Assembly: GCA_951406725.2 (NCBI GenBank)
Contig: OX597831.1
Span: 49,662,001 to 49,726,000, forward strand
Direction: 5' to 3'
DNA length: 64,000 nt
DNA from: Octopus vulgaris
Lineage: Eukaryota
The notes beneath the pieces are model-generated. The model did not search any database. It saw nothing but the letters and a program-made list of their open reading frames with translations, and had not been told where the DNA came from. Shown one piece after another: positions 1 to 13,290 of the stretch. The stretch's first letter is position 1. Every line of letters starts with the position of its first letter. The position numbers and the translations under genes are program-made.

Positions 1-413
1 TAAGAGTAAAATTTTCCTGAAACTTTAGTAAAACTGTTATAAGAACATCATTTACGATATCCAGTAATTTTATGATTTGGTTTCCTGGAAAAGTAACTTT
101 ATCTAAATTAAAAAATTGTTATTAGAAATATGTTTTTTACACCTCCAGCTCAAGGTATGATTCTAAATACCGGAAGGAAGCTGAAATGTATCTTATGAAA
201 AGAAAAATAATTCACCGAGTACATTTAAAAAATATGAGAATTTAAAAGAAAAAAAATTAGTTTTCCAGATGTACCAAACTATATAATTACTAAATATTAT
301 AAATGCTGATGCTTTTGCTACGGTTACAATAATTACAAGAAATATTAATTCAAATAATCAACGCACTACACACTTAGAAACTCTCTCAGATACTCTCACT
401 CAATCCCTCTCTC

Positions 414-471
<58 letters not shown>

Positions 472-480
472 CATATGCAA

Positions 481-511
<31 letters not shown>

Positions 512-2825
512 TTTCACACACACACTTAAATGCCTTCGCAAATAATTTGGCGAATTCTATAGCTAAGCACTTACTGAACAGGTGACCCAAAGAATCCTAT
601 CGGTCGTCTAATTACAAAAACAACAATTTACTGCAATTGATAAAATGTTTGACCACTTTTGACCAGGCATTAAATCAGTCATCCTAGAAAACGCCTGACC
701 CTTTCTTTTTCCGTTTCTTTTCCGTTTATATATATATATATATATACATACATACACATATATATATAGGCTTGAAAATGACAAAAAATAACAACACCAG
801 AAACACTATTTTCCCCAAACCCGAAGAATAAATTCAATTCGTGAGCTTTTTTCAACTGTCAAATGTAAGAAAGGAGAAACCAATCAACTGCCGCAGTTCA
901 TGACGAATTCCCAAACGCGATATAAGTGCTCAATAAATAGTATTTATTGAGATTCTGACTACCTTATCATCTTATCTTATTAATATATAAAATGTGTACA
1001 CCACTACAAACAATCTATAAATGTACATAAATATGTATGTGCACGTGTGTGTGAGTATATGTAGAGGTGTAAATGTGTGGCTTTGTGTTTCCCTTACGCT
1101 GTCAGATGTGATAATATAGAGGATCAACAAATGTGACTGAAACAAGCAATAAATAAAGGAATAGTCGTGGGGCAAAATGATTAATTTTTAATTTCTTGTC
1201 ATTCCCAGTTAATTTTCCCACATCCCCTTACTAATGTCTATTTTGATAACTTTGAGTTTTCATAGCATGATGTCTAAATTGGGGCAAAATGAGTAATGGC
1301 TAATTTCAAATAATGACTTCTCTTTAACTACACGGGACATCAATATATCAGAAAGGGAGCCACTCCAGCAGATTGTAAAGGCGCTATGCGGAATATTTTA
1401 TGTTGAGTGTATAGATTTACTGGATTTTAGTTAATCTCATATCATGTACCATTTTACCATTGGGATTCTTTCATTTTCTTTAGACATTTTAATTTTTTGC
1501 CGCATTTCTGAACTTTCTGATGCCCAAGAGTTGATGTTGATGTGTATGAATCTTTGTCCAATGTAATTCTAAAGAACTGAAGAAGCAAATTTATTTCATT
1601 TTGTTTTACTCTATAGATTTTGTAAGGTAGTGAACATTTTCAAAACAATTGTTTTTTCTGAAAGTAAAAGTTTTCCTGAGAGTAAAAAAAAAATGCAGTA
1701 AATATTACTAGTTGTGGCCCCACTAACCCCCCCCCCATATAAGTGTGGTTAAGCACAGAAATATATTTGTCTATGGCGGGGATTTCACGTTCGATTTGGC
1801 ACAATGGATAAGTGTTTCTCCACTTCATTTGAGACAAGTCAGGGCTTCTGAAACTGAACACAACAACTGAACGGAAGTCCTTTATGATTGAGCCTGGCCA
1901 CACACTCTTGCGTTGATTCTGCATCCGTGATACAAGATGTACATCATGTGCACAAGGGTCTGTGTGATATCCAACCTATAACACTCCAATTCGATGACAA
2001 GTTTAATTCTGTTGATTCATTCATATTGATTTGATATTCATCTTATGAAAGTAAGCATTCAAAAGTTAGAAATTACAAAGCTATTGTCGATTTGAATTGA
2101 AATAATACTCTCTATCTAGTTTGTCCAGCGTGTTTATTGCACTTTGCGCAGAACACACCGTGTTTTCTCACGTTAATAAAAAGAAATTACACTTTTCTCT
2201 GCGTAACAATCAGTCGGATATCTAATATATACGAAACATAAATATATTATTTACAAAATTTGCTTAGAAGCTTAGCCCCAGCATGGCAGCATCTTTCGAG
2301 TTGAAAATGGGAAAGGAATAAAAGAAAAGAAAAGAACAAAAACGTATGTAAATGAATGCCGATTTATCTTGAATGTTAAACAGCTGTCGCATTTCGCCGG
2401 ACATTAATAGATCTTTAGACAGACTCAGTAGGAAATTTCATCACGATTTATTCTTTCAAAATATCATTTTTCAAGTACATACACCAATTGATGGGATTTT
2501 AATGAAAAGTATTAATAATGGATATAGTTGGAAGCTTTATAGTAAATATATCAGAAAAAAGTTCACGCACATTGTATTATTTTGGAAACCCTACCTTTCT
2601 CGAGTAGATGATTTTTAAAAATTATTTTTCATTACCATTTTCATATGATTTCCTTTCAGTTCATCACTTTCAAAATCTAGACACATTGGGAATGGAATTG
2701 AGAACTGAAGCACTCTCATTGTGGTTAGGAGGAGGTAAGAAGAAATTTATTCTGAGGGTGATCGATAAAACTCAGTTAATTATAAAAGAGACAGATGTAT
2801 TAAGTATCTGCGAAGAAAGTACATT

Positions 2826-3040
2826 ACGAGGGGGTGCGGAAAAGATTTTGGCCTTGGGTAAAAGAAAATACAGGAGGATCAGTTAATGATTTTTTCAACA
2901 TTTTCTTCTCTCAGAATCACACACTTATTACAACAACCCTTCAGCTTTCTAAGCCCTGTAAAAGAAGTCAGTAAGTGGGGTATTCAGCCAGGCCTTTCGT
3001 GATACCCTTGCAGCCAGGAATTTTTCAGCACCTCCCCACA
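2826..3040. mobile_element. mariner-type MITE
   Basis: Left end (T)ACGAGGGGGTGCGGAAAAGATTTTGGC and right end GCCAGGAATTTTTCAGCACCTCCCC are imperfect inverted repeats of the mariner TA-CGAGGG type; no coding capacity. Confidence 0.65.
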
Positions 3041-3469
3041 AACTTTTAAGAAAATAGTATTCACGGAGTCATGACTGAGTTGGTAAAAAAATTTTGCTGG
3101 TGTTTTAACTAAGTTTGTGTATTTGGAGAGTCGCAACAGTAGTGTGCCATAACACGTGCCAGAGGCAGTCATGGTGAATGATCGTTATGGATCGTTAGGG
3201 ACTAATCATACTATTGAAGTAAGAAAACCAAGTATGATAATTGTAGACAGACCCCCCCCCAGTAAGATCGTCGTTTAACAAAGTAAACACGAAAATAACA
3301 GCCGAAACAACAGAAAATATCCACAACAAAAGCAAAGCTGATATATAAATACAAATCTACATATCCGAAAGACAATGCTGAACCCGCTCTCCTGAGTGCA
3401 TTTGGGTGCATTTGGCGATGGATTAAAATATCCTATGGAACTGTTGTCAAAACGATGGTAATAACAATA

Positions 3470-4290
3470 TTGGTTTCGAATTATGACACAAAGCCAGTAA
3501 TTTTGGGGGATGAGGTTAAATCGATTACATCGACCCCAATGTTCAGCTGGTACTTATTTTATCAGCCCTGAAAGGATGAAAGGCAAAGTCGCGAAGATAG
3601 ATAAAATGCTGTTAAGCATTTTCCCCGGCGTGATAAGGATTAGGCCGGTCGACGCCTTGATAGTAACAATAATATTAATATTTTATAATTTACGTACATG
3701 CCCAGGAGTTTTGGGGGAGGAGTTAGTCAATTACATCGACCCCAATATTTAACTAGTACTTTATTTTATTGTCCCCAGTGCGTTGACAGGAAAAGTTGAC
3801 ATCGAGAGGATTTGAATTAAAAGCATAGGGCGTTAATATCAAAACTAACTACAAGTAATTTATTCTGATGCTTTAACAATTCTATCAGTTCACTACAGTT
3901 ACGATGATAATAGATACAAATGTTTCTGATTTAGTGAAAACGCCAGCAATATAGAGCGAGTGGGTGGCGCTTGTTTATTGTGCTGCACCAGTACTTGACT
4001 GGTGTTTGAAAGGCAAGGTTGACCTCAGTCAGATCTGAATTGGAAGCGTAAAATGCCTGAATAAATACTGCAAGGAATAATTTTTTCTGACTCTCTAAAG
4101 ATATTGGCGTCCGTTTCTCTTACTTCGATAATAAAATAGTTTTTAGTTTAGGCAAAATACCAACAACTTAGAGGTGCTGAAAGGCAAAGCCGATCTCTGT
4201 TAGATTTTAATTTAGAGAGTGAACAATGGGAACAAATAACACACGGTATTTTTTCCAACTCTCGAACAATTCTGTCAGTCCATTACGATG
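3470..4290 (-). mobile_element. run of about 4 degraded tRNA-derived SINE copies (family with AGGTCGACTTTGCCTTTCATCC core)
   Basis: Repeated (G)AAAG(G)CAAAGTC/GTTGAC core plus CATCGACCCCA..CTGGTACTT blocks near 3530-3590, 3735-3810, 3990-4030 and 4178-4210, matching the better copies at 49694 and 61843. Confidence 0.65.
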
Positions 4291-4300
4291 ATAATAATAT

Positions 4301-5522
4301 CAAGTATCCTCAAAAACTGTACATACACTTTGATAGATAATACTTCATTGAATTTTCATTTTCTTTTAAATGTAACTATTTAGAAATAATGAAGGGAACC
4401 AGGCTAAGCTTTGGACAAAATAAATTTGATCTAAAGTGCGACCGGAAATTTGAAATCAGTTGGAATGCACAGACAATTTAAAAGGAACTATCAGACAGAT
4501 ATAGATCCGTGACTAACCTTCAGATGAATTAAGATAAGTCTGAAGTAGGTGGAGCTGTTCAGAATGTCCACAAGAGAGATGATTAAAGACCACGGACATC
4601 GTCAAGCTCCACAAAACCAAGAAAGAACACTAGAAACGTATTGTCAGAGTTCAAGAAGAGTTATGCGGCGAGTCGCGAGGAAGGAATATCAAAAGGAAGC
4701 ATCCAGCTGTCATTGAAAATGCTACACTCCAAGAATAGTCCATGTCTCCAATGAAGATGATCCCCAGCGAAGAGAGGAGTTTTGCAAGATGCACCTGGCG
4801 AGATGTGCTGAAGAGGCACAGTCTCCAACAAAGATTATTTGGAGTTTAAAGCTAAATTAAAATTAAACGGCTCAATCAACTATCACAGTAACTCACCTTT
4901 GGGAACTGAAAACCCCTATTTTACGAAGGAACAATATGTTAATTTACAAGGAATTACAGTAGCGTGTGGTTTATCATCAAAATGATTCATTGAACCATTC
5001 TTGTTTTGGTGGTACAATAACTGGTTCCGTTTCCTTGAACCTGCTGCGGCAATCTTTGAAAGCAAGCTGCCAAACGGACTTTGAAATTATGGAATGTTTT
5101 TTGAGCGTAATGGGGTACCCCACACTACCATAGTAACTTAAGAGATTACACAGATTTTGCCAAACAGGTGTATTGGATGAAGAGGTTCAGTAAAATACCC
5201 TCTGCATTCACCGAACCGAACGTCACTAGACGCTTACGAGGATACAGAAAAGATGAAATTTATAGTACTAAATAAGCAACTGTCGACGAAATGAGGACAG
5301 CCGTTGAACATGAATGCGCACAAATACGGAACAAGATGTTTGTTGATACGTGTGATTCCATTGCTTCGCTTTAGCGATAAGGCCTGAACCAGGACGGTCA
5401 TTAGTTAAAAAAGATAAACCTTCTAGCTATAGATTCTATTCAATTCTGAAAATTATAGGTATTTTAATAAACACTTAGCTTATAATCATACAATATGCGT
5501 ATAATATTTTCAGGACAACCTG
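4301..5522 (+). mobile_element. decayed Tc1/mariner-superfamily transposon (transposase pseudogene)
   Basis: Frame-broken motifs: KCYTPRIVH..NEDDPQRREEFC (~4717-4790), CGLSSK.FIEPF (~4965-5005), LPNR.IG.RGSVKYPLHSP..T.LD (~5157-5231, a WPPRSPDLTPLD equivalent). Right end CAGGACAACCTG-TA resembles a TIR. Confidence 0.75.
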
Positions 5523-5598
5523 TATTAATATATACAACAATGAAACAACAAACCCTCTCAGACAATGAAGATTGTTAAGATTTAGAAGGAAATTGTAA

Positions 5599-6037
5599 CC
5601 GTAAATCCTAGAGTATAGTCCGTACTTTCCCCCCAAAATTTAAAGGTCAAAATCCCTAGTGCGTACTATATACGAGGTTAAAAATTGTGATGTCGGACTC
5701 GAAAATACCTTAAGGTAAGCCTGAAAGCAATGAAGTCATAACTTGCAGTAAGCAACATTTATTAAAATAAAAGTATTCAGAACACAGAATAACATGTTAC
5801 AAAAACAATTTGCAAACATATTTACATTCCTATATAACAGTTAAGAACATCACCATTATTGTATTACACATGTGCGGAAGTATTTGTTCGGCAAAGTGCT
5901 GCTGGCTTAATTACGCACGACTTAAGTTAGAGAAGTGGTGCGTATTATACACAAGGTTTAGATATTTCAGAGGTACAGTCCCCTAAAAATCCCCTGCGTA
6001 TTATACTCAAGGGTGGACTATACTCGAGGATTTACGG
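5599..6037. mobile_element. pogo/Tigger-like MITE
   Basis: TIRs CCGTAAATCCTAGAGTATAGTCC / GGACTATACTCGAGGATTTACGG with one mismatch; internal subterminal TGCGTA(C/T)TATA repeats. Confidence 0.85.
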
Positions 6038-6039
6038 TA

Positions 6040-6270
6040 ACATGAAGAGGGCCATATCAATGAGTAAATGTAGTATCCTCAAATTCTACTGGAGATATCA
6101 ATATATCACATCAAATAACACTTGCACTTCTGTGAAAAATGGTCGGTACTTCGGCAGACTTTAATCAATTGAAATAAGTCTCTATTGGGATTCGACATCG
6201 GTGTTATTCTGATAGTCAACAAGACAGTTCTGCTGATTATTTTAATGATGATTTCATTGCAGCGTCTTTG
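6040..6270 (+). mobile_element. possible R4/Dong-like non-LTR retrotransposon remnant
   Basis: Weak degenerate motifs (HI..TC.LL; SLYWD; ILIVNK..LLII) resembling the CCHC/REL region of R4-clade elements. Confidence 0.3.
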
Positions 6271-6476
6271 TTTGTGTGCTCAACACTGCTGCTACCACCG
6301 CTACGATGACGACCACCACGATCACCACCAAACAAAAACCTAAATAAACACCGCAGCAATAACAAGAACAACAAAAATATAACGGCAATAAATAACATAA
6401 ATCCTGAGAATTGAAACCAAAGCTGTACTCTAATGTTAGATCTTCCTTAAAAGCATTGATAAATTATTAGTAACTA

Positions 6477-6617
6477 TAAGGTTGTCCCAAAAGTTCGTAG
6501 AAAGTCTTGGAAAATAATGGTCTTTATTTTGAGGAATAATTTTTGTTGTTTTTGTTAGTACTTGGCGAGTAAAAATTCAATTTTCGCAAGTGTTTACGAA
6601 CTTTTGGGACAACCTAA
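6477..6617. mobile_element. short mariner-type MITE
   Basis: Perfect inverted repeats AGGTTGTCCCAAAAGTTCGTA / TACGAACTTTTGGGACAACCT, with TA just outside. Confidence 0.85.
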
Positions 6618-7071
6618 TATTATTTTAGCATCATAAGAGAAATTAAACGAAGGCTTGATCTCCCATCGTCAGGATTCACCATCATCCCTTTATTTCCCTA
6701 TATTTCGACGCTGTCATTTACTTACATAGAGGATAACTTTCAATGCTTCTCTGCTAGAAACATATGCATTTCCAGCGTCAACTCTTAATGGTTTTGTATA
6801 AGATATTCTAACAATATTTAATGGACAATACGTACATTCGTAAAAAAAACAAAAACCCCACATACGAGTAGAAAGAAGTCCAGCAGGAAGTAAATTACGT
6901 CAATAATAAAAGAAAATACGTAAAAAAAACCCCTCCAAATATTTAAAAGAAACAAAAGCGTCATTTGTTTGTTTTTTTCCTCTCTTTTTTTACAATCAAC
7001 ATAAAAAATAACGGCTTTCTATGTCATGCCTGTAAAAGTGGGTACATATGCGTAAATATATGTGTGAGTAT

Positions 7072-7114
<43 letters not shown>

Positions 7115-7409
7115 AGAGAAAGAGAGAGAGAGAGAAAGTTATGAAGTAGTTATATATGAGTGCATGAATGTATTTTAATGTGACTTCCATTGTCACAAAT
7201 AACCGAGTACTTATACATGTTTAATAAATGTCGAAATGTTTTCCTCCTACATATTGGATACGCATAATTATGTGTAATAAGCGTGTGCACCAATAGACTT
7301 ACGAATACATATGTGTATGTAATGAATGATATGCTCCCTACACGCAAGCATACACATACGAACGCATATATTATGTATTATACATGCGCTTAAACTCACG
7401 AAGTTAACT

Positions 7410-7461
7410 TCCTATCTATCTATCTTTCTGTCTGTTTGTCATCTGTCTGTCTGTCTGTTTA

Positions 7462-7517
<56 letters not shown>

Positions 7518-7607
7518 GTGAGTCTGTCTGTATACCTATCTATCTATCTTTCTGTCTGTTTGTCATATGTTTGTCATCTGTTTGTCATCTGTCTGTCTGT
7601 CTGTTTA

Positions 7608-7683
<76 letters not shown>

Positions 7684-7753
7684 GTCTGTCTGTCTGTCTG
7701 TCTGTATACCTATCTACATATCTTTCTGTCTGTCATCTGTCTGTCTGTTTAAT

Positions 7754-7831
<78 letters not shown>

Positions 7832-7856
7832 GTCTGTCTGTCTACCTGTCTCTATC
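7410..7856. repeat. compound (TATC)n/(TGTC)n microsatellite with about 3 higher-order units
   Basis: The block TCTTTCTGTCTG..TCATCTGTCTG..TTTAAT(CTAT)n recurs three times; it is the source of the LSIY ORFs. Confidence 0.95.
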
Positions 7857-8989
7857 TTTTTTTATGTCACTTCCTCCCACACAACTCTGTATTGTATAAA
7901 AGGGGATTGCATTAATGTGAAAGAAAACAAAAACAGAGAAATTTTGAAGTAGTATGTTTGACCGGAAAAATGTTGAAAAATGCTTTCAGATACAAATGTA
8001 TACAACATATGTTACGCCGATGCTTATCCAGACGCACTCACATAAGCGGATGTACGTGCGTACAAACACACAAAGATACTTGCGTACACAGTCCTTTATT
8101 TAGAGAACTCCCAAATATAAGAACACATGACAGCACGCAAGCATACAGAGAGAAAGAAAAACAATGTACAAATAAACAGTTCCATTTTTCATCCGTTTCT
8201 TACCTTCTTCTTCGTTTGAAACGAAGAATTACCATTACTTTTATTGTTTGTATTCTTCAGCCTTAACTCTCTCAAATAGCTGCTGGTTATTGTAGAAAGG
8301 ATATCTTATAGAATTAAAAGTAAAGAAAAGGAAAGGAAAGCAAAGGAAAGAAAAAGTATAATTTGGTTTCAAACTAATAGTAACCACGTCTCGCATGAAG
8401 AGAACAAAGTCTATGAAACCGCACTACATACACACACGCACAAGCGCGCGCACACACACACCACATACATACATACATACACGCATACATAAATACCTAT
8501 ATATATGTATACACACATATATATATATACATACGCACACATAAAAGGACTCATTCTTTTTGATTTGATTCTTGTTATATGACTTTATATGGTTCTTGAG
8601 TCAATCCTATTTTTGAAAAGTAATGAACTGTGATTCGTTGTCGCTTGTTCCACAACATATACACAACCTCGCACGTAAGCATGCACACGCACAAACACAC
8701 ACACACACACACACACATGCGCATGTACGCTCACGCGCACCCACACACACTCGCACAGACACTTGATTATGGTAGTGGCAGAGTCGTTAGATCGTAAGAA
8801 GAATGTCTTGCGGTATCTTTTCCGGCTCTCTCCTACGTTATGAGTTCAGATCTCGTCGTCGCCGAGATTGAGTTTGATTTTCATCGTTTCGGAGCCGATA
8901 AATATACTACTCGACTACTACCGGAACTTAGTAAAACAAGAAATTACTGAAGAGGGAGAGCTTCTTACTATGAGCATAGGAGAAAAAAA

Positions 8990-9436
8990 AAAGTTCTTTT
9001 AATATTTGCTACAAGCAACACTTCCATCTCCACCCTCAACTCCCTTTTCAAGTGAAACTTGAAAAAGTTGATGAGGGCTTGGCCAAAGAGGAACGTGCCT
9101 GTCGTTAAACCTTTTAGACGAGTCCACCATACTACATCTTTTGCTACAGCCACTAGACGAGTAAAAATTGCCCTCCCCTCCCGGCCAAAATAGGGCGGCG
9201 CGGCAATAGATTCAGCTCTTAGACGGATCCGTCCTACACGCGAAAGTAAGTGTTCGACATAAGCCCACAGGTCAGCAATACTCGGGCACTGGACTAGGGC
9301 TTGCAGAACGGTTTTATCGTTCTAGGCGCACCTGTGGCAAGCCCGGCTGACGGCACTTCCGTGCCTGTCAAGTTTATCTCGAACAGACAGCGCCCAACGG
9401 TAGCACTGCCAGCCAAGGGATTTCTGGAAGTTATCA
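8990..9436 (-). mobile_element. L1/Tx1-clade LINE ORF2 C-terminal fragment (CCHC zinc-knuckle region)
   Basis: Minus-strand translation DNFQKSLGWQCYRWALSVRDKL..HG...CHRC...KTVLQALVQCP..ADLW...VAVAKDVVWWTRLKG; homologous to the copies at 24330 and 59735. Confidence 0.75.
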
Positions 9437-9457
9437 ATAATAATAATAATAATAATA

Positions 9458-9997
9458 ATGGGTTACAGCAAATATTCTGCTCAATACCACAGATTTGCTT
9501 GTCAGTTGTTTGACCTTAACCTGTCTTGGTATAAAAGATGGGCTACAGCAAATATTCTGCTCAATACCACAGATTTGCTTGTCAGTTGTTTGACCTTAAC
9601 CAGTTGAGCATGTCCCTTAGTGGCTGACGATATGTGCATCTCTGATCACGAGCAGAAGTAGTGGGGGAGCATCATAGCCATGTGTTGAGAGGGATTCTTT
9701 GGGGTTTGAATAATTCCCCTCTGGAAACATGGGTGGTTCTTTCAACATCCTTAAACAACCCTTATTCAGGGACCTTTTGAGCGGGATGGGCTACTCAACC
9801 TGAAGAAAATTCTAACTGGGCCCCACCTGCAAGGTCATGTGCTGTTTATCTTGATATGAGATCACCATGTCGCGCACATATGGTTGTGATGCATGTGCCT
9901 GGTGTACCCTTATCAGACGGGTAGTCATGATGGGTATATTGGGCTTCGTATATTTTACCCCAGTGTCACTTTGATGGCATGCACTGCTCTCTCACTC
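9458..9997 (+). mobile_element. non-coding retroposon 3' segment inserted in (AAT)n (R4/Dong-like targeting suspected)
   Basis: GC-richer 540-bp block flanked by (AAT)n on both sides, with a near-identical ~63-bp 5' duplication (9458-9520 vs 9538-9600). Confidence 0.55.
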
Positions 9998-10022
9998 AAT
10001 AATAATAATAATAATAATGATA

Positions 10023-10101
<79 letters not shown>
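9998..10101. repeat. (AAT)n microsatellite
   Basis: Directly visible. Confidence 0.98.
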
Positions 10102-10102
<1 letters not shown>

Positions 10103-10175
10103 TAGTGCATCTTCAGAAAACTGTGTTCTGAGGGACAGTTAGTAAACTTAGGAAGGTTCTTGGCATCGAAGCTCT
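10103..10175 (+). mobile_element. R4/Dong-like ORF C-terminus fragment
   Basis: Translates VHLQKTVF*GTVSKLRKVLGI, similar to the QK.VL.GT..ILRKVL terminal motif of R4-clade proteins. Confidence 0.5.
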
Positions 10176-10921
10176 ACAAGTTGTAATCCTTATGCTAGGA
10201 ATTTTTGATTTCCAACAGTGTAATTTGTTCTACGTATATGAAATATTAATATTAAAGTTTACTTAATTGATCAAATCTTCTAAAAATCTTCCTTCTTCTC
10301 AAAAACACACATAGAATTTGTTTATTATGAAGTTGCTCACAGTTCGATTAAAATTACTGAACGAAAATTACATCTTATCTAAAGACAGATTTTAAATCTA
10401 CATGTAAAGTCTGGTGTTCGAAAATATAGCGTATTAGACCTATCTAAAAATAATTCTTTCATGTAAACACTATAGAAAAATTCTGGTAAAGAAATAATGA
10501 ACAGTTACATTTTATATTATTTCCTTAATATGTAGTCACATATATTTATTTCCCTATGTTTTTTTCATGAAAATATTCATTATTCCCATCACAGTTTTTC
10601 CAGATAATATATTTTTAATAATTTCCTCATCATTGAATATTAATTTTTCATTTGACGCTTGTTTCATTATGAGGCCTGCACCTACATATTTATTTGATTA
10701 CGAGCGAATATTTGCATTGTAATATACTTGTCTTTCTAAAGGACATTCATACCTTTCAAGCACATGATGTTTTGATCAAAGAGTTGGAAGTAAGATGAAA
10801 GAACGTTTGTGAAATGCTCCAAGAAATACAAGCCAATATTGTTATAGGAATATAGCGGTCGTATGCATGTATGTATGTATGCACGTATGTATGTATGTAT
10901 GTATGTATGTATGTATGTATG

Positions 10922-10952
<31 letters not shown>

Positions 10953-11002
10953 GTATGTATTCTCTCTCTCTCTCTACACACACACACACACACACATCGG
11001 TA

Positions 11003-11124
11003 CAGATGTTGCCGTGTGGTAAGAAGCTTCTAAAGCACATGGTTCTGGCTCCAGTCCTACTGTGTGGCACCCGACCCAAGCCTTGTTAGTGTATTTGGTA
11101 AATGGAAACTGAACGAACCCCGTC

Positions 11125-11174
<50 letters not shown>

Positions 11175-11557
11175 TCAATATAGGGTGGCAAAAAAATTTT
11201 GTAGAATTTTTTGCCACCAGCGGCTAGTAGGAAAAAATTAAAATAGTCATAGACCATTTTTAAGTTTAACATCAACAATAAAGGAACGGCCATATAGGCC
11301 ATTCACCCACTAGAAATAACAGCAAAGTTCAACGCAAATAAAAGTTAATTCAGTAAACAGAGAAAATTTAAAAAATTTTAAAAATTTAAAATTTAAAAAA
11401 TTTTAAAAATTTTAAAAATTTAAAAAATTTTAAAAATTTAAAAAATTTACAGGGTAAATGTTTTTTAAATTTTCTCCTGGTTTACTGTTAACTTTATGTG
11501 GCACCCGACCCAAGCCTTGTTAGTGTATTTGGTAATGGTGAATGAACTAACCCCGTC

Positions 11558-11600
<43 letters not shown>

Positions 11601-11805
11601 AATATTTTTTGTCTCTGTCTCCACCATCGCTTGACAACAGATGTTGGTGTGTGTACGTCTCTGTAACTTAGCCATTCGGCAAAAATAACGATAGAATAAG
11701 TACTAGGTTTAGAATAAGGTATGGGGTCGATTTGTTCGCCTAAAGGCGGTGCTCTAATGTGGCCGTAGTCAAATAACTGAAACAAGTAAAAGAATAAAAC
11801 AAAAA
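11003..11805 (+). mobile_element. tRNA-derived SINE with internal (TA)n, split by an insertion
   Basis: 5' half 11003-11126 and 3' half to ~11805 match the full copy at 58345-58745. Confidence 0.8.
11170..11496 (-). mobile_element. (TA)n-anchored non-autonomous PLE-like element
   Basis: Terminal hairpin GGTGGCAAAAAA..TTTTTTGCCACC (11184-11218), long-range stem 11224-11231/11306-11313, GCTGTTATTTCTA motif on the minus strand, (AAAAATTTT)n core inside inverted arms. Confidence 0.55.
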
Positions 11806-11848
<43 letters not shown>

Positions 11849-12089
11849 CAGAGAGGGGGAGCCCAAAACAGGAGATTGGGAAGAACTTTGGCTTTATTCA
11901 TTTACTGTTACAGGTATTTCATTTGTCAAGAGGTGTTACAAATTGTGTATATAAGGGAAGCATGTAAGATACTCCTATTGGCAATTCTTCTGGCAGATAA
12001 TATGAACTCTACATTTGGGTGAAGCCCTTCGTCAGTAATCAGAAATCCTATAGAGAGCTGGAAAGAGACTAGAGAATAAAACTAATATA

Positions 12090-12591
12090 TTGGATTGTCC
12101 GGAAAGTTCATGCCGATTTATAGTAGATTACCTTTTCGACTTATTGTAGAACATGGCTGAGTCCATAAAATAGCATTTGACTACACCTCCATTTAGAGCA
12201 CAGTTTAAGCTATCTTTTCGTGGAAGAAGGTTTATGTTCCTTTAACCTGTGTTTAATTCTGTAACCCTTTAAAATGGAAGATAAGAAAGTTCATTTTCGG
12301 CACTTGATGCGTTGGGAACCAGACAAAAATTGCTGCAGCTCGGCTGGGATGTGTTACCTCTCAATCGTAAAAATTTCAATTCCTTGGTTGACGTAAAAAG
12401 ATACCTTGATGAATTCTTTGCCATGAAACCACCTCAGTTCCGGGAAGAGGGTATTTTCAAGCAAAAGGAAAGATGGAGAGGCATTGTGCAACAAAATGGT
12501 TCATAGTTGGTTGATTAAAAATGTAATGGCAAGTATTTATTGACCTTTTTCTTTCCTTTAAAAATCGGCACGAACTTTCCGAATAACCCAA
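12090..12591 (+). mobile_element. internally deleted mariner transposon
   Basis: TIRs TTGGATTGTCCGGAAAGTTCATGCCGATTT / AAATCGGCACGAACTTTCCGAATAACCCAA, TA on both sides; transposase N-terminus MEDKKVHFRHLM joined to TRQKLLQLGWDVLP and C-terminal FFAMKP..F.EEGI....RW..IVQQNG. Confidence 0.92.
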
Positions 12592-12640
12592 TAGTAAAAG
12601 ATAGAATAAAAGAAGCGATGTAATATGTATACACACATAC

Positions 12641-12835
<195 letters not shown>

Positions 12836-13228
12836 TAAAAAAAAAAAGGCTGCTATTTCTAATGAGTTCAGTATGTGGCAAAGTAATTTATTTTACTAAG
12901 CCCTTTATAAAATGTAATATTTTGAATTCGCCTTAAATGGTCCCTTTACATACTGAATACTTCGTGAAATTGATTAATAATTAATTAATTTTACCCTTAA
13001 TTGTTGAAATTATAATTCATTTCTCTCTGTTTAATGCTTCGGTTTTCACCGATAAAATTATGGTGTTTGCTAGGTTAGCCCACGTGGGTGGAAAGGGGAG
13101 GGCAGAAATTCTTCGCTTGCATATTTTGAATTTGTTGGCACTGTTAGTCTGAACGGATCTTCGGAGGTGAAAAGTCGCCAAAAGGGTATGCTCCTACTTT
13201 CAGTGTTTACAAATCCGAATTAAGGAAT

Positions 13229-13290
13229 TTTGGGCTGACGAAAGAAATGTCGAATTGTATTTGGCTGATCTAGAAACGTACGTTCTCAAA
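13229..13290 (+). ncRNA. type I hammerhead ribozyme, copy 1
   Basis: Stem I TTTGGG/CTCAAA; core CTGACGA (13235-41); stem II AGA..TCT with inner GTCGAAT/ATTTGGC; GAAA (13273-76); palindromic stem III ACGTACGT; predicted GUU cut after 13284. The A.A at the base of stem II is atypical. Confidence 0.75.

Noticed and set aside
1118-2000. Possible DNA transposon remnant (GGGGCAAAATGA at ~1169 and ~1281)
   Set aside because: Only a short repeated motif; no partner end or diagnostic protein motif identified.
11900-12040. Minus-strand CTGACGAAGGG..CCC in a TA-adjacent block
   Set aside because: The G of GAAA is missing after the short stem, and the alternative GAAATACCTGTA lacks stem I; too degenerate to call.
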